DNA of 64,000 nucleotides from Phaeosaccion multiseriatum (GCA_965112735.1 OZ218964.1:2356001-2420000), one strand, 5' to 3'. Counted from the stretch's first letter, positions 37,087-51,574 are shown. The notes: generated by a model not told the origin, from the letters alone. Numbers and translations are program-made.

Positions 37087-37555
37087 TTTATAATTGTGGG
37101 TTTGGCAGGGCAATGCCCTTCTCTAATACGCTACGACTCTTTACTGTACCCGCATGCCCCACCCAGGAAGGAAGCCCTCGGCCTCTATCCATCGGGATTA
37201 CACTCTCCCCCTTTCAAATGAGCTGACCCTCCCTCTCACCCCCCCCCCCTCAAGCTATACACTTCAGCCATTGGTCCCATAAGCTACACACGTGACTCCC
37301 CTCCCCCCCCGGACCCCCTACCTCCTGTACTCCGACTCCTCTCTGCGACAGAGCATGGCAATCACTTCACCGCTCTTACACCAAGCCAGTGTGCCGTGGG
37401 CTGTCTCTCTCTCGCATCGCATCCTGATGTACAGGCTCACTCGCATGGGCTGCATGACTGGCTGGTGCAAGCGAGCAAGCTGGTGCGGTTCTCTTTCGTT
37501 GCCAAAGTCGTCACTGCCCCTACCAGCCCCCACCTCGCACATCCCTCCTACTCGC

Positions 37556-39059
37556 TCAGCCCATCTCCTCCGCCATGCTCTCCCACGTCTCGCTCCCCAC
37601 ACTCCAGGGCCTCTCCAGCGGCAGGATTCCGCTCTCCTTGCCGAAGGTCGGATCCGTCCTTCGCATGAGGTCCAGCGCGGTTTGGGACCGGAAGAAGGCT
37701 GCTGCCGCCTCCAAAAGTCGCTGCTCAATGTCCCGGCCGAGCTGATTCCGCCGTGCCCCAGCCAATGCCTTGTCCACCGAAGCACCGGCCGAGAGGAGCT
37801 GCCGCGCTATCCCGTGCTGGTCATTGTGGATGGCAGCAAGGAGAGGAGTCATAGCGGTTGCTGTCGTCGTATCGATGGGGGATCCCGCAGAGATGAGACG
37901 AGCGACGACGGCCTCGCGCCTATTGTACGCTGCAAGGTAGAGGGCTGAAGCGCCAATGTTGGTTCGTTTGTCCACACGTGCTCCCGCAGAAAGAAGCTTC
38001 TCCACCACGGCGTCGTGTCCCTGTAGAGAGGCACCGAGAAGAGGAGTGGAACCTTCGAGGTCAGCCTTGTCGATGCTGGTGTGGGCCTTGATGAGCGGCT
38101 GTACGATGCCCGCATGCCCATTAATCGATGCCGCCAGAAGCGGAGTAGTCCCGAGATAACTTGCGTGGTCCACATCCGCTTGGGCTGCGATGAGGAGCCT
38201 TACAACAGAGCTATGTCCTTTCTGAGAGGCATACCAAATCGGAGAACAACCGTGTTCCTCCGCCAAGTCGACGTTAGCACGCGCCGAGAGCAGCTGCTGC
38301 ACTGTCGTAGAGTGCCCCATTACTGATGCTGCAATCAAGGGAGTAGCGCCTGTGGCATCCACTTGGTCGACAGGGGCTCCAATGTCCAACAGCCGCCTCA
38401 CCACCTGATCGCGTCCGTTGCCGCTAGCTACTATCAATGGCGTGTCTCCGACGAGCCCGCATCTGGTGCGGAAGGAGGCCCCTTCCCGCAGCAGAAAGTC
38501 CATGACATCCAGCCGACCGTGTTGTGCAGCCCTCAACATTGCGGTGTATGCGGTATATGCTTCTTCGTCGACAGGCTGATCCAAACTCGCTTTGCCATGT
38601 TTGGCGATGAGCTCCCCAACCACCGCTTTCACATTGGGGAAGCTCTCCCCTCTGACCAGGGCCTGCCCCAGCCGCCGCGCCTGGTGTTGTTGAGGGAAAC
38701 GATGTCGGGGGGGAGAGGCGCACATGCATAGGATGAAAGGATCAACAAGAAGCTGCTGACTACTTCGATACGTGCGTATCCCACCACCTCAGGGATCGTA
38801 TCCGAAAAGCCCCCCCTGGCTTTGCTCTCTCCGAAACATAGTCAGAGTCCATCTATTTCCTCAAAGCGGGGGAGAGGCCCATACACCGGATGAAAAGGGA
38901 TCAACGGAGAGCTTCCCACTGCGTCGACACGTGAGCTTCCCACCGCAGCTTCCGTATCCGCACAAGGACCCTCTCTATGCTCTATTCTTTCCTAAGGACA
39001 TCGTCATATAGGAGGGCGCTAGATCGTACCTCGGGCGTTAACGTTGTCTGCTGCGCCAT
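37556..39059 (-). CDS. Ankyrin-repeat protein, copy 9; exon1 39030-39059, exon2 37556-38680
   Basis: ORF 37556..38725; shares the AYTAYTA duplication with copy 2; start context CAATATGG. Confidence 0.9.
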
Positions 39060-39261
39060 ATTGAGCAAGCGGCCCCTCCCTTGAGACGGCAGTGCTGACA
39101 AGGGGGCTACAGAAGGCCCTCTCACTGCTGCGCCTCCCGTGAGTAGGCGGTCGCTCTGCCTTTCTTATCAGGCCTCCCCGCTATATGTTTAGTTATGGAG
39201 GCCTCTGAAGGCATTGGGTTTGGTGATCCGATTCACAGATCCCGATCCCAGGGGGGGGGGA

Positions 39262-42200
39262 CTTCCTGCGAGAGCAAGCAGAGCCGGGGGGGGTCAGTGG
39301 GAGGAGAAGGAGAAGGGCAAGCAAGAGCAGGAGCTGCTGTATGGACTCCTCTCCCTCCCGCGAGACCAGCGGAGCCCTTCATCTTCTCCCCCCTTCTCCT
39401 GCAGGGCCTGGGAATCAGCACTCCCTCCCTCGGTACGGCTCGGCTCTTCCAGCACCCCTGGACCGATTCCGAGGGCCTGGCCCCGTGGTGCACCACGAAT
39501 GCTGAGGTGAGTGGTGGCGACTGCGTGAGGGGTGCGTGAGCGAGCCAAGCTGTGAGCCCCCTGCCTTCGGCTAGCTACAGCCTCACCTCCTCTTTAGGAG
39601 AGCTCCACTCGCCCACTCCCTTCCCCTCCCCCGCCCACCCCACCTCCCAAACCCCATATCCCACACCCCCACAGCCGCTCAAACTCGTTCATTCTCCGGG
39701 CAGACAGGAGCTCCGCGTCGTCAGCGGGAGAAAGAGAGGGGGTGAGTAGCCGCATGCCGTCGCGAGGAGAGCATGTAGACGAACTCGAAACCGAACTCGA
39801 TGCCGATGCGATGTCAATGTCGATGTCGAAGGCGCGCCCCTGGGGGAAGCACCGGTGAGGGATGCCTCCTCCTCCGTCTCCTCTTCCTCCCACGCTGCCT
39901 TGTTGCAGCGCATGGGTCTCGCGATACCCAAGTTTGGCCGTGTGCAGCAGTATGAAGACCTGCAGCGGGAGTTGGAGATGCTCAGGGGGGAGGAGGAGAA
40001 GGACTGCGCAGGAGGAGGGAGGACCCGAGCGACTAGAGGGGAGGGCTCTCGGCGGGGACAGACGACTCGGCCTGCCAGCACTCGGCCTCGGATGGAGGGG
40101 GGCGCCGGGCAGACCCAGGGGGGCAGGGTGGGCAGGTACGGATGGAAGCAAGTGGCTGTAGATGAAAGTTGAGGTGATAAGGCTGAATGACAGCATGACA
40201 GCAGCTGTCAAGGCCGAGTGGGGATGAAAGGGGGGTCGGTACCAGGATGTTGGGGGGGCAAAGACGCAAAGGCGCGAAGGTGGATGATCAACAGTTGCGT
40301 CCTTTTCGCCCTTCTTTCTCTCTCTCTGTCGCTCTCGCTCTGGCTCTCATTTATCTCTCTCTCTCCTTTCCACCCTCCCCTTCCCTCTGTCCGTGGGCCA
40401 CAGACGCGTACACCGCTCTGCTTCGACAGCAGGCCAGGCAGCGCTCGCAGCGCCGGCGCCATGAAGAGGCGGAACGAACAGCGGCAGCAGCAGCGCAGAG
40501 GGGGCAAGGGCGGCAGAGAGGGAGGGCTGCTGATGGGGGGGGCGGCGGCAGTTCTGCAGCAACAGCGGCAATCCGGCCAAGCCTCTGCGGTGAGGGAGGG
40601 GAGGGAGGGAGGGAGCTGGAGAGTTGGTGATACAGAGGGAGGGAGTGAGCGAATGCGAGAGAGCGGGGTAAGCAGATCGAGATGGCACTGGACAGGAGGG
40701 CAGAGCTCGTCGAGAACGGCAGGATGGTCGCCGTCAATGGAAGGTGAGGGGGGAGGAGGGATGAAGGGGTGAGGGAGGAGGGGAGGGGTAAGGAAGGGAG
40801 GGAGGAAGGGGGTGAGGGAGATGACAGAAGGTAGAGTATGCTATGGATAAAACGCAGGAGGGAGTGGACCGACGAAACGATGGGGCGCTTCCCCGCAGCA
40901 CGGTGGTGCGCTCTGCTCTACCCCTCACGACATATGCTTCCTCCCTGCCTCCTTCCTTCCTTCCTTCCTTCCTTCCGTTCTTCCTTCCGTTCTTCCTTCC
41001 GTCCTTCCTTCCTTCCTTCCTTCCTTCCTTCCTTCCTTCCTTCCTTCCTTCCTTCCTTCCTCCCTTCCTTCCTCCCTTCCTTCCTTCCTTCCTTCCTTCC
41101 TTCCTTCCTTCCTTCCTTCCTTCCTTCCTTCCTTCCTTCCTTCCTTCCTTCCTTCCTTCCTTCCTTCCTTCCTTCCTTCCTTCCTTCCTTCCTCCCTCCC
41201 GTCCTCCCTTCCTCCCTCCCTTCCTTCCTTCCTTCCTTCCTTCCTTCCTTCCTTCCTTCCTTCCTTCCTTCCTTCCTTCCTTCCTTCCTTCCTTCCTTCC
41301 TTCCTTCCTTCCTTCCTTCCTTCCTTCCTTCCTTCCTTCCTTCCTTCCTTCCTTCCTTCCTTCCTTCCTTCCTTCCTCCCTCCCTCCCTTCCTCCCTCCC
41401 TCCCTCCCTCCCTCCCTTCCTTCCTTCCTTCCTTCCTTCCTTCCTTCCTTCCTTTCTTCCTTCCTTGCTTTCTTCCTTCCTTCCTTCTTTCTTTCCTTCC
41501 ACTCATTGACATAGCGTTCACTCTGACGACCTCCCCTTCCCCTCTCTTCTCTCTCGCTCCACATTCTTCACCCTCTGTCCTCCCCCTCCCCTCTGTCCAC
41601 CCTTTCTCCCCTGCTGCCAGAGAAGAAGTACGCATCATCGAAGAAGACCCTTTCACCGCCGCCGCCGGAGCGCCTTCTCTCTTGCACAGAGACTGATCCA
41701 GATCGGTACAACAGCTTCGACCTGCACCCTTGGAGTCAGCGCGGAGCCGTCTGCGATCGTTCCGGGCCTCGCGATCCCCCGGGGTGGAGGGGAGGGGGCG
41801 GGAGGAGGATACGTTGGGTGGAGCGCCAGGGGGAGGGGGGAGCATGAGCCATCGGAGCGTTCTCAGTCTCGCCATGGGGGGGGGGGGAGAAGCTCTGTCT
41901 ATGGCTCCAACCCTCAGGAGGAGGAGGAGGAGGGGGGCGTCACAAATGGCTTCAGTACCACCAACACCAACACCAGGAGGGGGAGAGGGGGCTGGGAGGG
42001 GAGGGCAAGGTATTGGACTTGGGTATCAGCAGAGGCCCATTGGAAGCCCCGTCACAGGGACGGGCAGGAGAGAAGGAGGTGTCAGTGGTGGTAGTGGTGG
42101 TGGTGGCGGGGTTGGTGTTAGGCCGGAGTCAGCCCCTGTGAGTCGGGTGGGAGGGGTGAAGGCGGGGGTAGTGGGGGAGAGGTGGGAGGGACACCGTGAG

Positions 42201-42305
42201 AGAGGGTAGCAGGAGGAGGGGCAAGAGGAGGAGTAGGATGAAGAAGAGGACGAAGAGGAGGACGAGGACGAAGAGGAGGGCACGGCAGATAGACGAGGAA
42301 CCCAT
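39262..42305 (+). pseudogene. Copy of plus-strand gene relic (internal deletion at ~40668)
   Basis: Junction gagagcggggt|aagcag shared with ~46351. Confidence 0.4.
40951..41500. repeat. (TTCC)n microsatellite, ~550 nt
   Basis: Direct reading. Confidence 0.95.
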
Positions 42306-42306
42306 C

Positions 42307-42361
42307 CTCACTCACTCACTCACTCACTCACTCACTCACTCACTCACTCACTCACTCACTC
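42307..42361. repeat. (ACTC)n microsatellite
   Basis: Direct reading. Confidence 0.95.
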
Positions 42362-43269
42362 AGCCACTCACCCCCGTCTTCACTTTCTAGCTTTAGTCCA
42401 TATACGAAGTCCAGAGCGCTTAAAAGCAGTGTATAAATTTCTGCAAGGTCGAGAGGCAAGCAGCAAGATTCACAGATGGATATAATTGCGGCACTCCGTA
42501 TCCACTGCCCCCCCGCTACTCTCTTCCGTCCGCTGGGAAACAGGGCTCACCCGTACGCTTCTTTCTGGTCCCCACTTGATATTGCCGAGGGCAGGGCTCT
42601 CTTTGACGAGGGGGCCGAAATAGAGACCAAAAAGTAGCAGAGCACTGGGAAGTCACTGAGTACTAGCTTATCTTGTTAGTTTACGTAATCTTCAAAAAGG
42701 AAAGTGTTTCATCAGTCACTGAGTACGCATAGACTCGATTGGGGGGAGCTTGCCTTTGGCCTCCACACGAGCACAACCCCCGCCTAGGACCTGGCGTTCA
42801 CCTTTACAATTGTGTGTTTAGCAGGGCAATACCCTTCTCTAATACGCTACGACTCTTTACTGTACCCGCATGCCCCACCCAGGAAGGAAGCCCTCGGCCT
42901 CTATCCATCGGGATTACAATCTCTCCCCTCCAAATGAGCTGACCTTCCCTCTCACCCCCCCCCCCCTCAAGCTATACACTGCATCCATTGGTCCCGTAAG
43001 CTACACACGTCACTCCCCCCCCCCCCGGACCCCCATCCTCCTGTACTCCGACTCCTCTCTGCGACAGAGCATCGCAATCACTTCACCGCTCTTACACCAA
43101 GCCAGTGTGCGGTGGGCTGTCTCTCTCTCTCGCATCGCATTCTGATGTACAGGCTCACTCGCATGGGCTGCATGACTGGTGCAAGCGAGCAAGCTGGAGC
43201 GGTACTCTTTCGTTGCCAAAGTCGTCGTTGCCCCTACCAGCCCCCACCTCGCACATCCCTCCTACTCGC

Positions 43270-44767
43270 TCAGCCCATCTCCTCCGCCATGCTCTCCCAC
43301 GTCTCGCTCCCCACACTCCAGGGCCTCTCCAGCGGCAGGATTCCGCTCTCCTTGCCGAAGGTCGGATCTGCCCTTCGCATGAGGTCCAGCGCGGTTTGGG
43401 ACCGGAAGAAGGCTGCTGCCGCCTCCAGAAGTCGCTGCTCAATGTCCCGGCCGAGCTGATTCCGCCGTGCCCCAGCCAAGGCCTTGTCCACCGAAGCACC
43501 GGCCGAGAGGAGCTGCCGCCCTATCCCGTGCTGGTCATTGTGGATGGCAGCAAGGAGAGGAGTCATACCGTCTGATGCCGGGATATCGATGGGGGATCCC
43601 GCAGAGACGAGACGAGCGACGACGGCCTCGTGCCCATTGACCGCTGCAAGGTAGAGGGGTGAAACGCCATTGTTGGTTCGTTTGTCCACACGTGCTCCCG
43701 CAGAGAGAAGCTTCTCCACCACGGCGTCGTGCCCTTCCTGACAGGCAACGTGAAGAGGAGTGACACCTTCGAGGTCAGCCTTGTCGATGCTGGCGTGGGC
43801 CCTGATGAGCTGCTGTACGATACCCGCATGCCCATTAATCGATGCCTTCGAAAGCGGAATAATCCCGAGATTACTTGCGTGGTTCACATCCGCTTGGGCT
43901 GAGATGAGGTGCCTTACAACAGAGCTATGTCCGTTCTGAGAGGCCATCCAAATCGGAGAAGAACCGTCTTCCGCTGCCAAGTCGACGTTAGCACCCGCCG
44001 AAAGCAGCTGGTGCACTATCGTGGAGTGCCCCCACTCTGATGCTGCAATCAAGGGAGTAAGTCCTCTGGCATCCACTTGGTCGACAGGGGCTCCAATGTC
44101 CAACAACCGCCTCACCACCTGATCGTGTCCCTCGAAGCTAGAAATTATCAACGGCGTGTCTCCGACGAGCCCGCATCTGGTGCGGAAGGAGGCCCCTTCC
44201 CCCAGCAGAAAGTCCATGACGTCCAGTCGACCGTATTGTGCAGCCACAAGTATTGCGGTATATCCTTCTTCGTCGATAAGCTGATCCAAACTCGCTTTGC
44301 CATGTTTGGCGATGAGCTTCCCAACCACCGCTCTCACTTTGCGGAAGCTCTCCCCTCTACGCAGGGCCTGCCCCAGCCGCCGCGCCTGGTGTGGTTGAGG
44401 AAAACGCGGGGCGGAGAGGCGCACATGCATAGGATAAAAGGGTCAACAGGAAGCTGCTGACTACTTCGATACGTGCGTATCCCACCACCTCAGGGATCGT
44501 ATCCGAAAAGCCCCCCCTCGCTTGGATCTCTCCGAAACACAGATGTTTCCTCAAAAGCGGGGGAGAGGCGCATACACCGGATAAAAAGGGATCAACGGAG
44601 GGGAGAGCTGCCCACTGCGTCGACACGTGAGCTTCCCACCGCAGCTTCCGTACCCGCACAAGGACCCTCTCTATGCTCTATTCTTTCCTAAGGATATCAC
44701 ATCTCATATATATATATAGGAGGGCGCTAGATCGTACTTCGGGCGTTAACGTTGTCTGCTGCGCCAT
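43270..44767 (-). CDS. Ankyrin-repeat protein, copy 10; exon1 44738-44767, exon2 43270-44385
   Basis: ORF 43270..44430; donor GAA|GTACGA; a 4-nt deletion upstream of exon2 is intronic. Confidence 0.9.
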
Positions 44768-44956
44768 GGTGAGCAAGCGGCCCCTCCCTTGAGACGGCAG
44801 TGCTGACAAGGGGGCTACGGAAGACCCTCTCTCTGCTGCGCTTGCTGTAGTGTAGTCGGGTCGCTCTGCCTCCTCCCCGTGATGTTTAGTGATGGAGGAA
44901 GGCATTGGGTTTGGTGATCCGATTCACAGATTCCGATCCCAGGGGGGGGGGGGGGG

Positions 44957-46977
44957 TTCCTGCGAGAGCAAGCAGAGCAGGGGGAAGCAAGCAGGGGCAG
45001 GAGCTGCTGTATGGATGAATCTCCCCCCCGCGAGACCTGCGGAGCCCTTCATCTTCTCCCCCCTTCTCCTGCTGCAGGGCCTGGGCATCAGCACTCCCTC
45101 CCCCGGTACGGCTCTGCCCTTCCAGCACCCCTGGACCGATTCCGAGGGCCTGGCCCCGTGGAGCACTACGAATGCTGAGGTGAGTGGTGGCGACTGCGTG
45201 AGGGGTGCGTGAGCGAGCCAAGCTTTGAGCCCCCTGCTTTCGGCTAGATACAGCCTCACCTCCTCTTTAGGAGAGCTCCACTCGCCCACTCCCTTCCCCT
45301 CCCCCGCCCGCCCCACCTCCCATACCCCATATCCCACACCCCCACAGCCGCTCAAACTCGTTCATTCTCCGGGAAGACAGGAGCTCCGCGTCATCAGCGG
45401 GAGAAGGAAAGGGAGAAGGAGAGGGGGTGGGTAGCCGCATGCCGTCGAGAGGAGAGCACGTAGACGAACTCGAAACCGAACTCGATGCCGATGCCGATGT
45501 CAATGTCGATGTCAAAGGCGCGCCCCTGGGGGAAGCAGGGGTGAGGGGTGCCTCCTCCTCCTTCTCCTCGTCCTCCCACGCTGCCTTGTTGCAGCGCATG
45601 GGTCTCGCGATACCCAACTTTGGCCATGTGCAGCAGTATGAAGACCTGCAGCGGGAGCTGGAGATGCTCAGGGGGGAGGAGGAGAAGGACGCAGGAGGAG
45701 GGAGGACCCGAGCCACTAGAGGGGAGGGCTCTAGGCGGGGACAGACGACTCCGCCTGCCAGCGCTCGGCCTCGGATGGAGGGGGGCGCCGGGCAGACCCA
45801 GGGGGGCAGGGTGAGCAGGTACGGAAGGAAGCAAGTGGCTGTAGATGAAAGCTGAGGGCTGAAGGCTGAATGATAGCATGACAGCAGCTGTCAAGGCCGA
45901 GTGGGGATGAAGGGGGGTCGGTACCAGGATGTTGGGGGGGCAAAGACGCAAAGGCGCGAAGGTGGATGATCAACAATTGAGTCCTCTTCGCCCTTCTTTC
46001 TCTCTGTCCCTTTCTCTATGTCTCTCTGGCTCTCTTTTATCTCTCCCTCTCTCTCTTCCGCCCCCCCTTCCCCTCCCTCTGTCCGTGGGCCACAGACGCG
46101 TACACCGCTCTGCTTCGACAGCAGGCCAGGCAGCGCTCGCAGCGCCGGCGCCATGAAGAGGCGGAACGAACAGCGGCAGCAGCAGCGCAGAGGGGGCAAG
46201 GGCGGCAGAGAGGGAGGGCTGCTGATGGGGGGGGCGGCGGCAGCTCTGTAGCAACAGCGGCAATCCGGTCAAGCCTCTGAGGGAGGGAAGGGAGGGAGGG
46301 AGGGAGTTGGTGATACAGAGGAAGGGAGTGAGCGAATGCGAGAGAGCGGGGTAAGCAGACCGAGATGGCACTGGACAGGAGGGCAGAGCTCGTCGAGGGC
46401 GGCAGGATGGTCGCCGTCAATGGAAGGTGAGGGGGGAGGAGGGGTGAAGGGGTGAGGGAGGAGGGGAGGGGTAAGGGAGGGAGGGAGAAAGGGGGTGAGG
46501 GAGATGATAGAGGGTAGAGTATGCTACAGATAGAACGCAGGAGGGAGTGGAGCGACGAAACGATGGGGCGACTCCCCGCAGCACGGTGGTGCGCTCTGCT
46601 CTACCCCTCTTGACATATGCTTCCTCCCTGCCTCCTTCCATCCTTCCTTCCTTCCTTCCTTCCTTCCTTACTTCCTTCCTTCCTTCCTTCCTTCCTTCCT
46701 TCCTTCCTTCCTTCCTTCCTTCCTTCCTTCCTTCCTTCCTTCCTTCCTCCCTCCCTCCCTCCCTCCCTCCCTCCCTTCCCTCCTTCCTTCCTTCTTTCCT
46801 TCCTACCTTCCTTCCTTCCTCCCTCCCTCCCGTCCTCCCTTCCTCCCTCCCTTCCTTCCTTCCTTCCTTCCTTCCTTCCTTCCTTCCTTCCTTCCTTCCT
46901 TCCTTCCTTCCTTCCTTCCTTCCTTCCTTCCTTCCTTCCTTCCTTCCTTCCTTCCTTCCTTCCTTCCTTAATTCCTT

Positions 46978-47009
<32 letters not shown>

Positions 47010-47833
47010 CCTTCCTCCTTTCCTACTTCCTTTCCTTCCACTCATTGACTTAGCAGTCCCTCTCACGACCTCCTCCCATCCTCTCTTCTCTCTCTCTCCA
47101 CTCTCTCCATCCTCTCCTCCCCCTCCCCTCTGTCCACCCTTTCTCCCCTGCTGCCAGAGCAAGTACGCATCATCGAAGAAGATCCTTCTGCCGCCGCCAC
47201 CGGATCGCCTTTCTTGCACAGAGACCGTTCCAGATCGGTACAACACCTTCGACCTGCCCCCTTGGAGTCAACGCGGAGCGGTCTGCGATCGTTCCGGGCC
47301 TCGCGATCCCCCGGGATGGAGGGGAGGGGGCGGGAGGAGGATACGTTGGGTGGAGGGCCAGGGGGAGGGGGGAGCATGAGCCATCGGAGCGTTCTCAATC
47401 TCGCCATGGGGGGGGGGGGAGAAGCTCTGTCTATGGCTCAAACACTCAGGAGGGGGAGGAGGAGGAGGGGGGCGTCACAAATGGCTTCAGTACCACCACA
47501 CCAGGAGAGGGAGAGGGGGCTGGGAGGGGAGGGCAAGGTATTGGACTTGGGGATCAGCAGAGGCCCATTGGAAGCCCCGTCACAGGGACGGGCAGGAGAG
47601 AGGAGGAGGAGGTATCATTGGTGGTAGTGGTGGTGGCGGCGGGGTTGGTGTTAGGCCAGAGTCAGCCCCTGTGAGTCGGGGGGGGAGGGAAGGCGGGGGT
47701 AGCGGGGGAGAGGAGGGAGGGACACCGCGAGCGAGGGTAGCAGGGGGAGGGGCAAGAGGAGGAGTAGGAGGAAGAGGACGAGGAAGTGGAGGATGAGGAA
47801 GAGGCAGGCACGGCAGGTAGACGAGGAACCCAT
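44957..47833 (+). pseudogene. Copy of plus-strand gene relic (internal deletion at ~46351)
   Basis: Colinear; same deletion as ~40668. Confidence 0.4.
46634..47039. repeat. (TTCC)n microsatellite, ~400 nt
   Basis: Direct reading. Confidence 0.95.
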
Positions 47834-47834
47834 C

Positions 47835-47913
47835 CTCACTCACTCACTCACTCACTCACTCACTCACTCACTCACTCACTCACTCACTCACTCACTCACT
47901 CACCCACTCACTC
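47835..47913. repeat. (ACTC)n microsatellite
   Basis: Direct reading. Confidence 0.95.
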
Positions 47914-48798
47914 ATGCACCACGTATTCACTTTCTAGCTCTATTCTATAAGCGAAGTCCAGAGAGCAAATGCAATACACATGCTTCTCCAAGGTCGAGAG
48001 GCAAGCAGCAAGATTCACAGATGGATACAATTGCGGCACTCCGTATCCACTGCCTCCCCGCTACTCTCTTCCGTCCGCTGGGAAACATGGCTCACCCGTA
48101 CGCTTCTATCTGATCCCCACTTGATATTGCCGAGGGGGCAGAAATAGAGACCAAGAAGTAGCAGAGCACTGTGGAAGTCACTGAGTACCAGCTCATCTTG
48201 TTAGTTTACGTAATCTTTCGTAATAGCAAAGTGTTTCATCAGTCACTGAGTACGCGTAGACTCGATTGGGCGGAGCTTACCTACTGCCTCCACAGGGGCA
48301 CAACCCCCGCCTAGGACCTGGCGTTCACCTTCACCACTCTGTGTTTAGCAGGGCAGTACCCTTCTCTAATAATCTGTGACTACTTGCTGTGCCCGCATGC
48401 CCCACCCAGGAAGGAAGCCCTCGGCCTCTATCCATCGGGATTACACTCTCCCCCCTCTAAACGAGCTGACCTTCCCTCTCACCCCCCCCCCCTCAACCTA
48501 TACACTTCAACCATTGGTCCCATAAGCTACACACGTCACTCCCCTCCCCCCCGGACCCCCATCCTCCTGCGGTACTCTGACTCCTCTCTGCGACAGAGCA
48601 TCGCAATCACTTCACCGCTCTTACACCAAGCCAGTGTGCCGTGGGCTGTCTCTCTCGCATCGCATCCTGATGTACAGGCTCACTCGCATGGGCTGCATGA
48701 CTGGCTGGTGCAAGCGAGCAAGCTGGAGCGGTACTCTTTCGTTGCCAAAGTCGTCACTGCCCCTACCAGCCCCCACCTCGCACATCCCTCCTACTCGC

Positions 48799-50272
48799 TC
48801 AGCCCATCTCCTCCGCCATGCTCTCCCACGTCTCGCTCCCCACACTCCAGGGCCTCTCCAGCGGCAGGATTCCGCTCTCCTTGCCGAAGGTCGGATCCGT
48901 CCTTCGCATGAGGTCCAGCGCGGTTTGGGACCGGAAGAAGGCTGCTGCCGCCTCCATAAGTCGCTGCTCAATGTCCCGGCCGAGCTGATTCCGCCGTGCC
49001 CCAGCCAATACCTTGTCCACCGAAGCACCGGCCGAGAGGAGCTGCCGCGCTATCCCGTGCTGGTCATTGTGGATGGCAGCAAGGAGAGGAGTCATACCGG
49101 TTGCTGTGGTCGTATCGATGGGGGATCCCGCAGAGATGAGACGAGCGACGACGGCCTCGTGCCTATTGTATGCTGCAAGGTAGAGGGCTGAAGCGCCAAT
49201 GTTGGTTCGTTTGTCCACACGTGCTCCCGCAGAAAGAAGCTTCTCCACCACGGCGTCGTGTCCCTGTAGAGAGGCACCGAGAAGAGGAGTGGAACCTTCG
49301 AGGTCAGCCTTGTCGATGCTGGCGTGGGCCCTGATGAGCTGCTGTACGATACCCGCATGCCCATTAATCGATGCCGCCAGAAGCGGAGTAGTCCCGAGAT
49401 AACTTGCGTGGTTCACATCCGCTTGGGCTGCGATGAGGAGCCTTACAACAGAGCCATGTCCGTTCTGAGAGGCCATCCAAATCGGAGAACAACCGTGTTC
49501 CTCCGCCAAGTCGACGTTAGCACGCGCCGAGAGCAGCTGCTGCACTGTCGTAGAGTGCCCCATTACTGATGCTGCAATCAAGGGAGTAGCGCCTGTGGCA
49601 TCCACTTGGTCGACAGGGGCTCCAATATCCAACAGCCGCCTCACCACCTGATCGCGTCCGTTGCCGCTAGCGGCTATCAACGGCGTGCTTCCGTGAGGTC
49701 CCTGTCTGGTGCTGAAGGAGGCCCTTTCCCGCAGCAGCAGGTCCACGACATCCAGTCGACCGTATTGTGCAGCCACAAGCATTGCGGTATATCCCTCTTC
49801 GTCGATAGGCTGATCTAAGCTCGCTTTGCCATGTTTGGCGATGAGCTTGGTAACCACCGCTCTTACATTGGGGAAGCTGTCTTCTCTGTCCAGGGCCTGA
49901 CCTAGCCGCCGCGCCTGGTGTTGTGGAGGGCAGCGAATTCGGGGGGGAGAGACGCACATGCATAGGATAAAAGGATCAACAGGAAGCTGCTTGACTGCTT
50001 CGATAAGTTAGCATCCCACCTCAGGGATCGTATCCGAAATGCCCCCCCTCGCTTTGCTCTCTCCGAAACACAGATATTTCCTCAAAAGCGGGGGAGAGGC
50101 GCATACACCGGATAAAAAGGGAACGGAGAGCTGCCCACTGCGTCGTCACGTGAGAATCCCACCGCAGCTTCCATATCTGCATAAGGACTCTCTCTATGCT
50201 CTATTCTTTCCTAAGGACTTACAGGAGGGCGCTAGGTCGTACCTCGGGCGTTAACGTTGCCTGCTGCGCCAT
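48799..50272 (-). CDS. Ankyrin-repeat protein, copy 11; exon1 50243-50272, exon2 48799-49914
   Basis: ORF 48799..49959 ankyrin motifs; conserved splice sites. Confidence 0.9.
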
Positions 50273-50368
50273 GGTGAGCAAGCGGCCCCTCCCTTGAGAC
50301 GGTAGTGCTGACAAGGGGGCTACAGAAGGCCCTCTCCGCGCCTGCTGTGCAGTAGTCGGTCGCTCTGC

Positions 50369-50376
50369 CTTTTATA
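50369..50376 (-). promoter_or_regulatory. Putative TATA box upstream of copy 11
   Basis: TATAAAAG, same spacing. Confidence 0.4.
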
Positions 50377-50387
50377 TGGCCTCCTCA

Positions 50388-51125
50388 TTATTTTTTTTTC
50401 TCTTGTCTAAAAGTAACGTCTCCACCGCCCCGGGGGACAAAAGTTGATACCATTCTGTGGCGAGTGTTTTGATATTGCTGTTCCATCAAAAGGGACGAGA
50501 TGGTACCTCGTGGGGTCATAGTGGATGTCTCCACCCTGGCCCTCCATGCCTACCTGTGGCACCCCATACTTGGTGCGCTTGGTGGCTTCAGCCTTCTTGG
50601 CTGCCGCAAGTGCCTCCTTCGAGGCCTTGGCCCTATTGGTGATGTTGGCGGCATCAGTGAGCGTGATGTCGATCATCAGGGACTTGTGGCCATCCCCATA
50701 GTACTCGTGGTCAGATGGAAGCTCGAACATCCTGGGGGGAGTCACGATGTCCATCTCCATCTGTTTGGCCACGTGGGCGTCACCCCTCACGCCGTTGCCC
50801 CCCCCTTTCCCTTGTCTCGCGGTGACGGTTCGTTCCCTCATGAAGGGGAAGCCGATGTTCTGCACTATCCCTCTGCCCAGGCCCTCGCTCTTCATCAACG
50901 CGACAAGTGCCTTCTGCACAGCATTGGAGGTCTCGGAAGGCATTGGGTTTGGTGATCCGATTCACAGATCCCGATCCCAGGGGGGGGGAGTTCCTTGCGT
51001 GGGCGAGAGGGCAGAGGCTGTGCTGAGTGCGCGCAGACGCGACCGCGCAGCTGCTGCTTAGATGAGCGGAGCTTGCCTTTGGCTTCCACACGAGCACAAC
51101 CCCCGCCTATGACCTGGCGTTCACC
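50388..51125 (-). mobile_element. Decayed RLE non-LTR retrotransposon fragment
   Basis: ORF 50407..50943 NAVQKALVALMKSEGLGRG...MDIV...IDITLTD...KRTKY...LVPF. Confidence 0.7.
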
Positions 51126-51574
51126 TTTACAATTGTGTGTTTCTAAGCTACGACTCTTTGCTGTGCCCCGCATGCCCCACCCAGGAAGGAAGCCCTCGGC
51201 CTCTATCCATCGGGATTGCACTTCTCCCCCCTCCACATGAGCTGACCTTCCCTCTCACCCCCCCCCCCCTCAAGCTATACACTGCATCCATTGGGCCCGT
51301 AAGCTACACACGTGACTCCCCTCCCCCCCGGACCCCCTACCTCCTCTACTCCGACTCCTCTCTGCGACAGAGCATCGCAATCACTTCACCGCTCTTACAC
51401 CAAGCCAGTGTGCCGTGGGCTGTCTCTCTCTCGTATCGCATCCTGATGTACAGGTTCACTCGCATGGGCTGCATGACTGGCTGGTGCAAGCGAGGAAGCT
51501 GGAGCGGTACCCTTTCGCTGCCAAAGTCGTCGTTGCCCCTACCAGCCCCCACCTCGCACATCCCTCCTACTCGC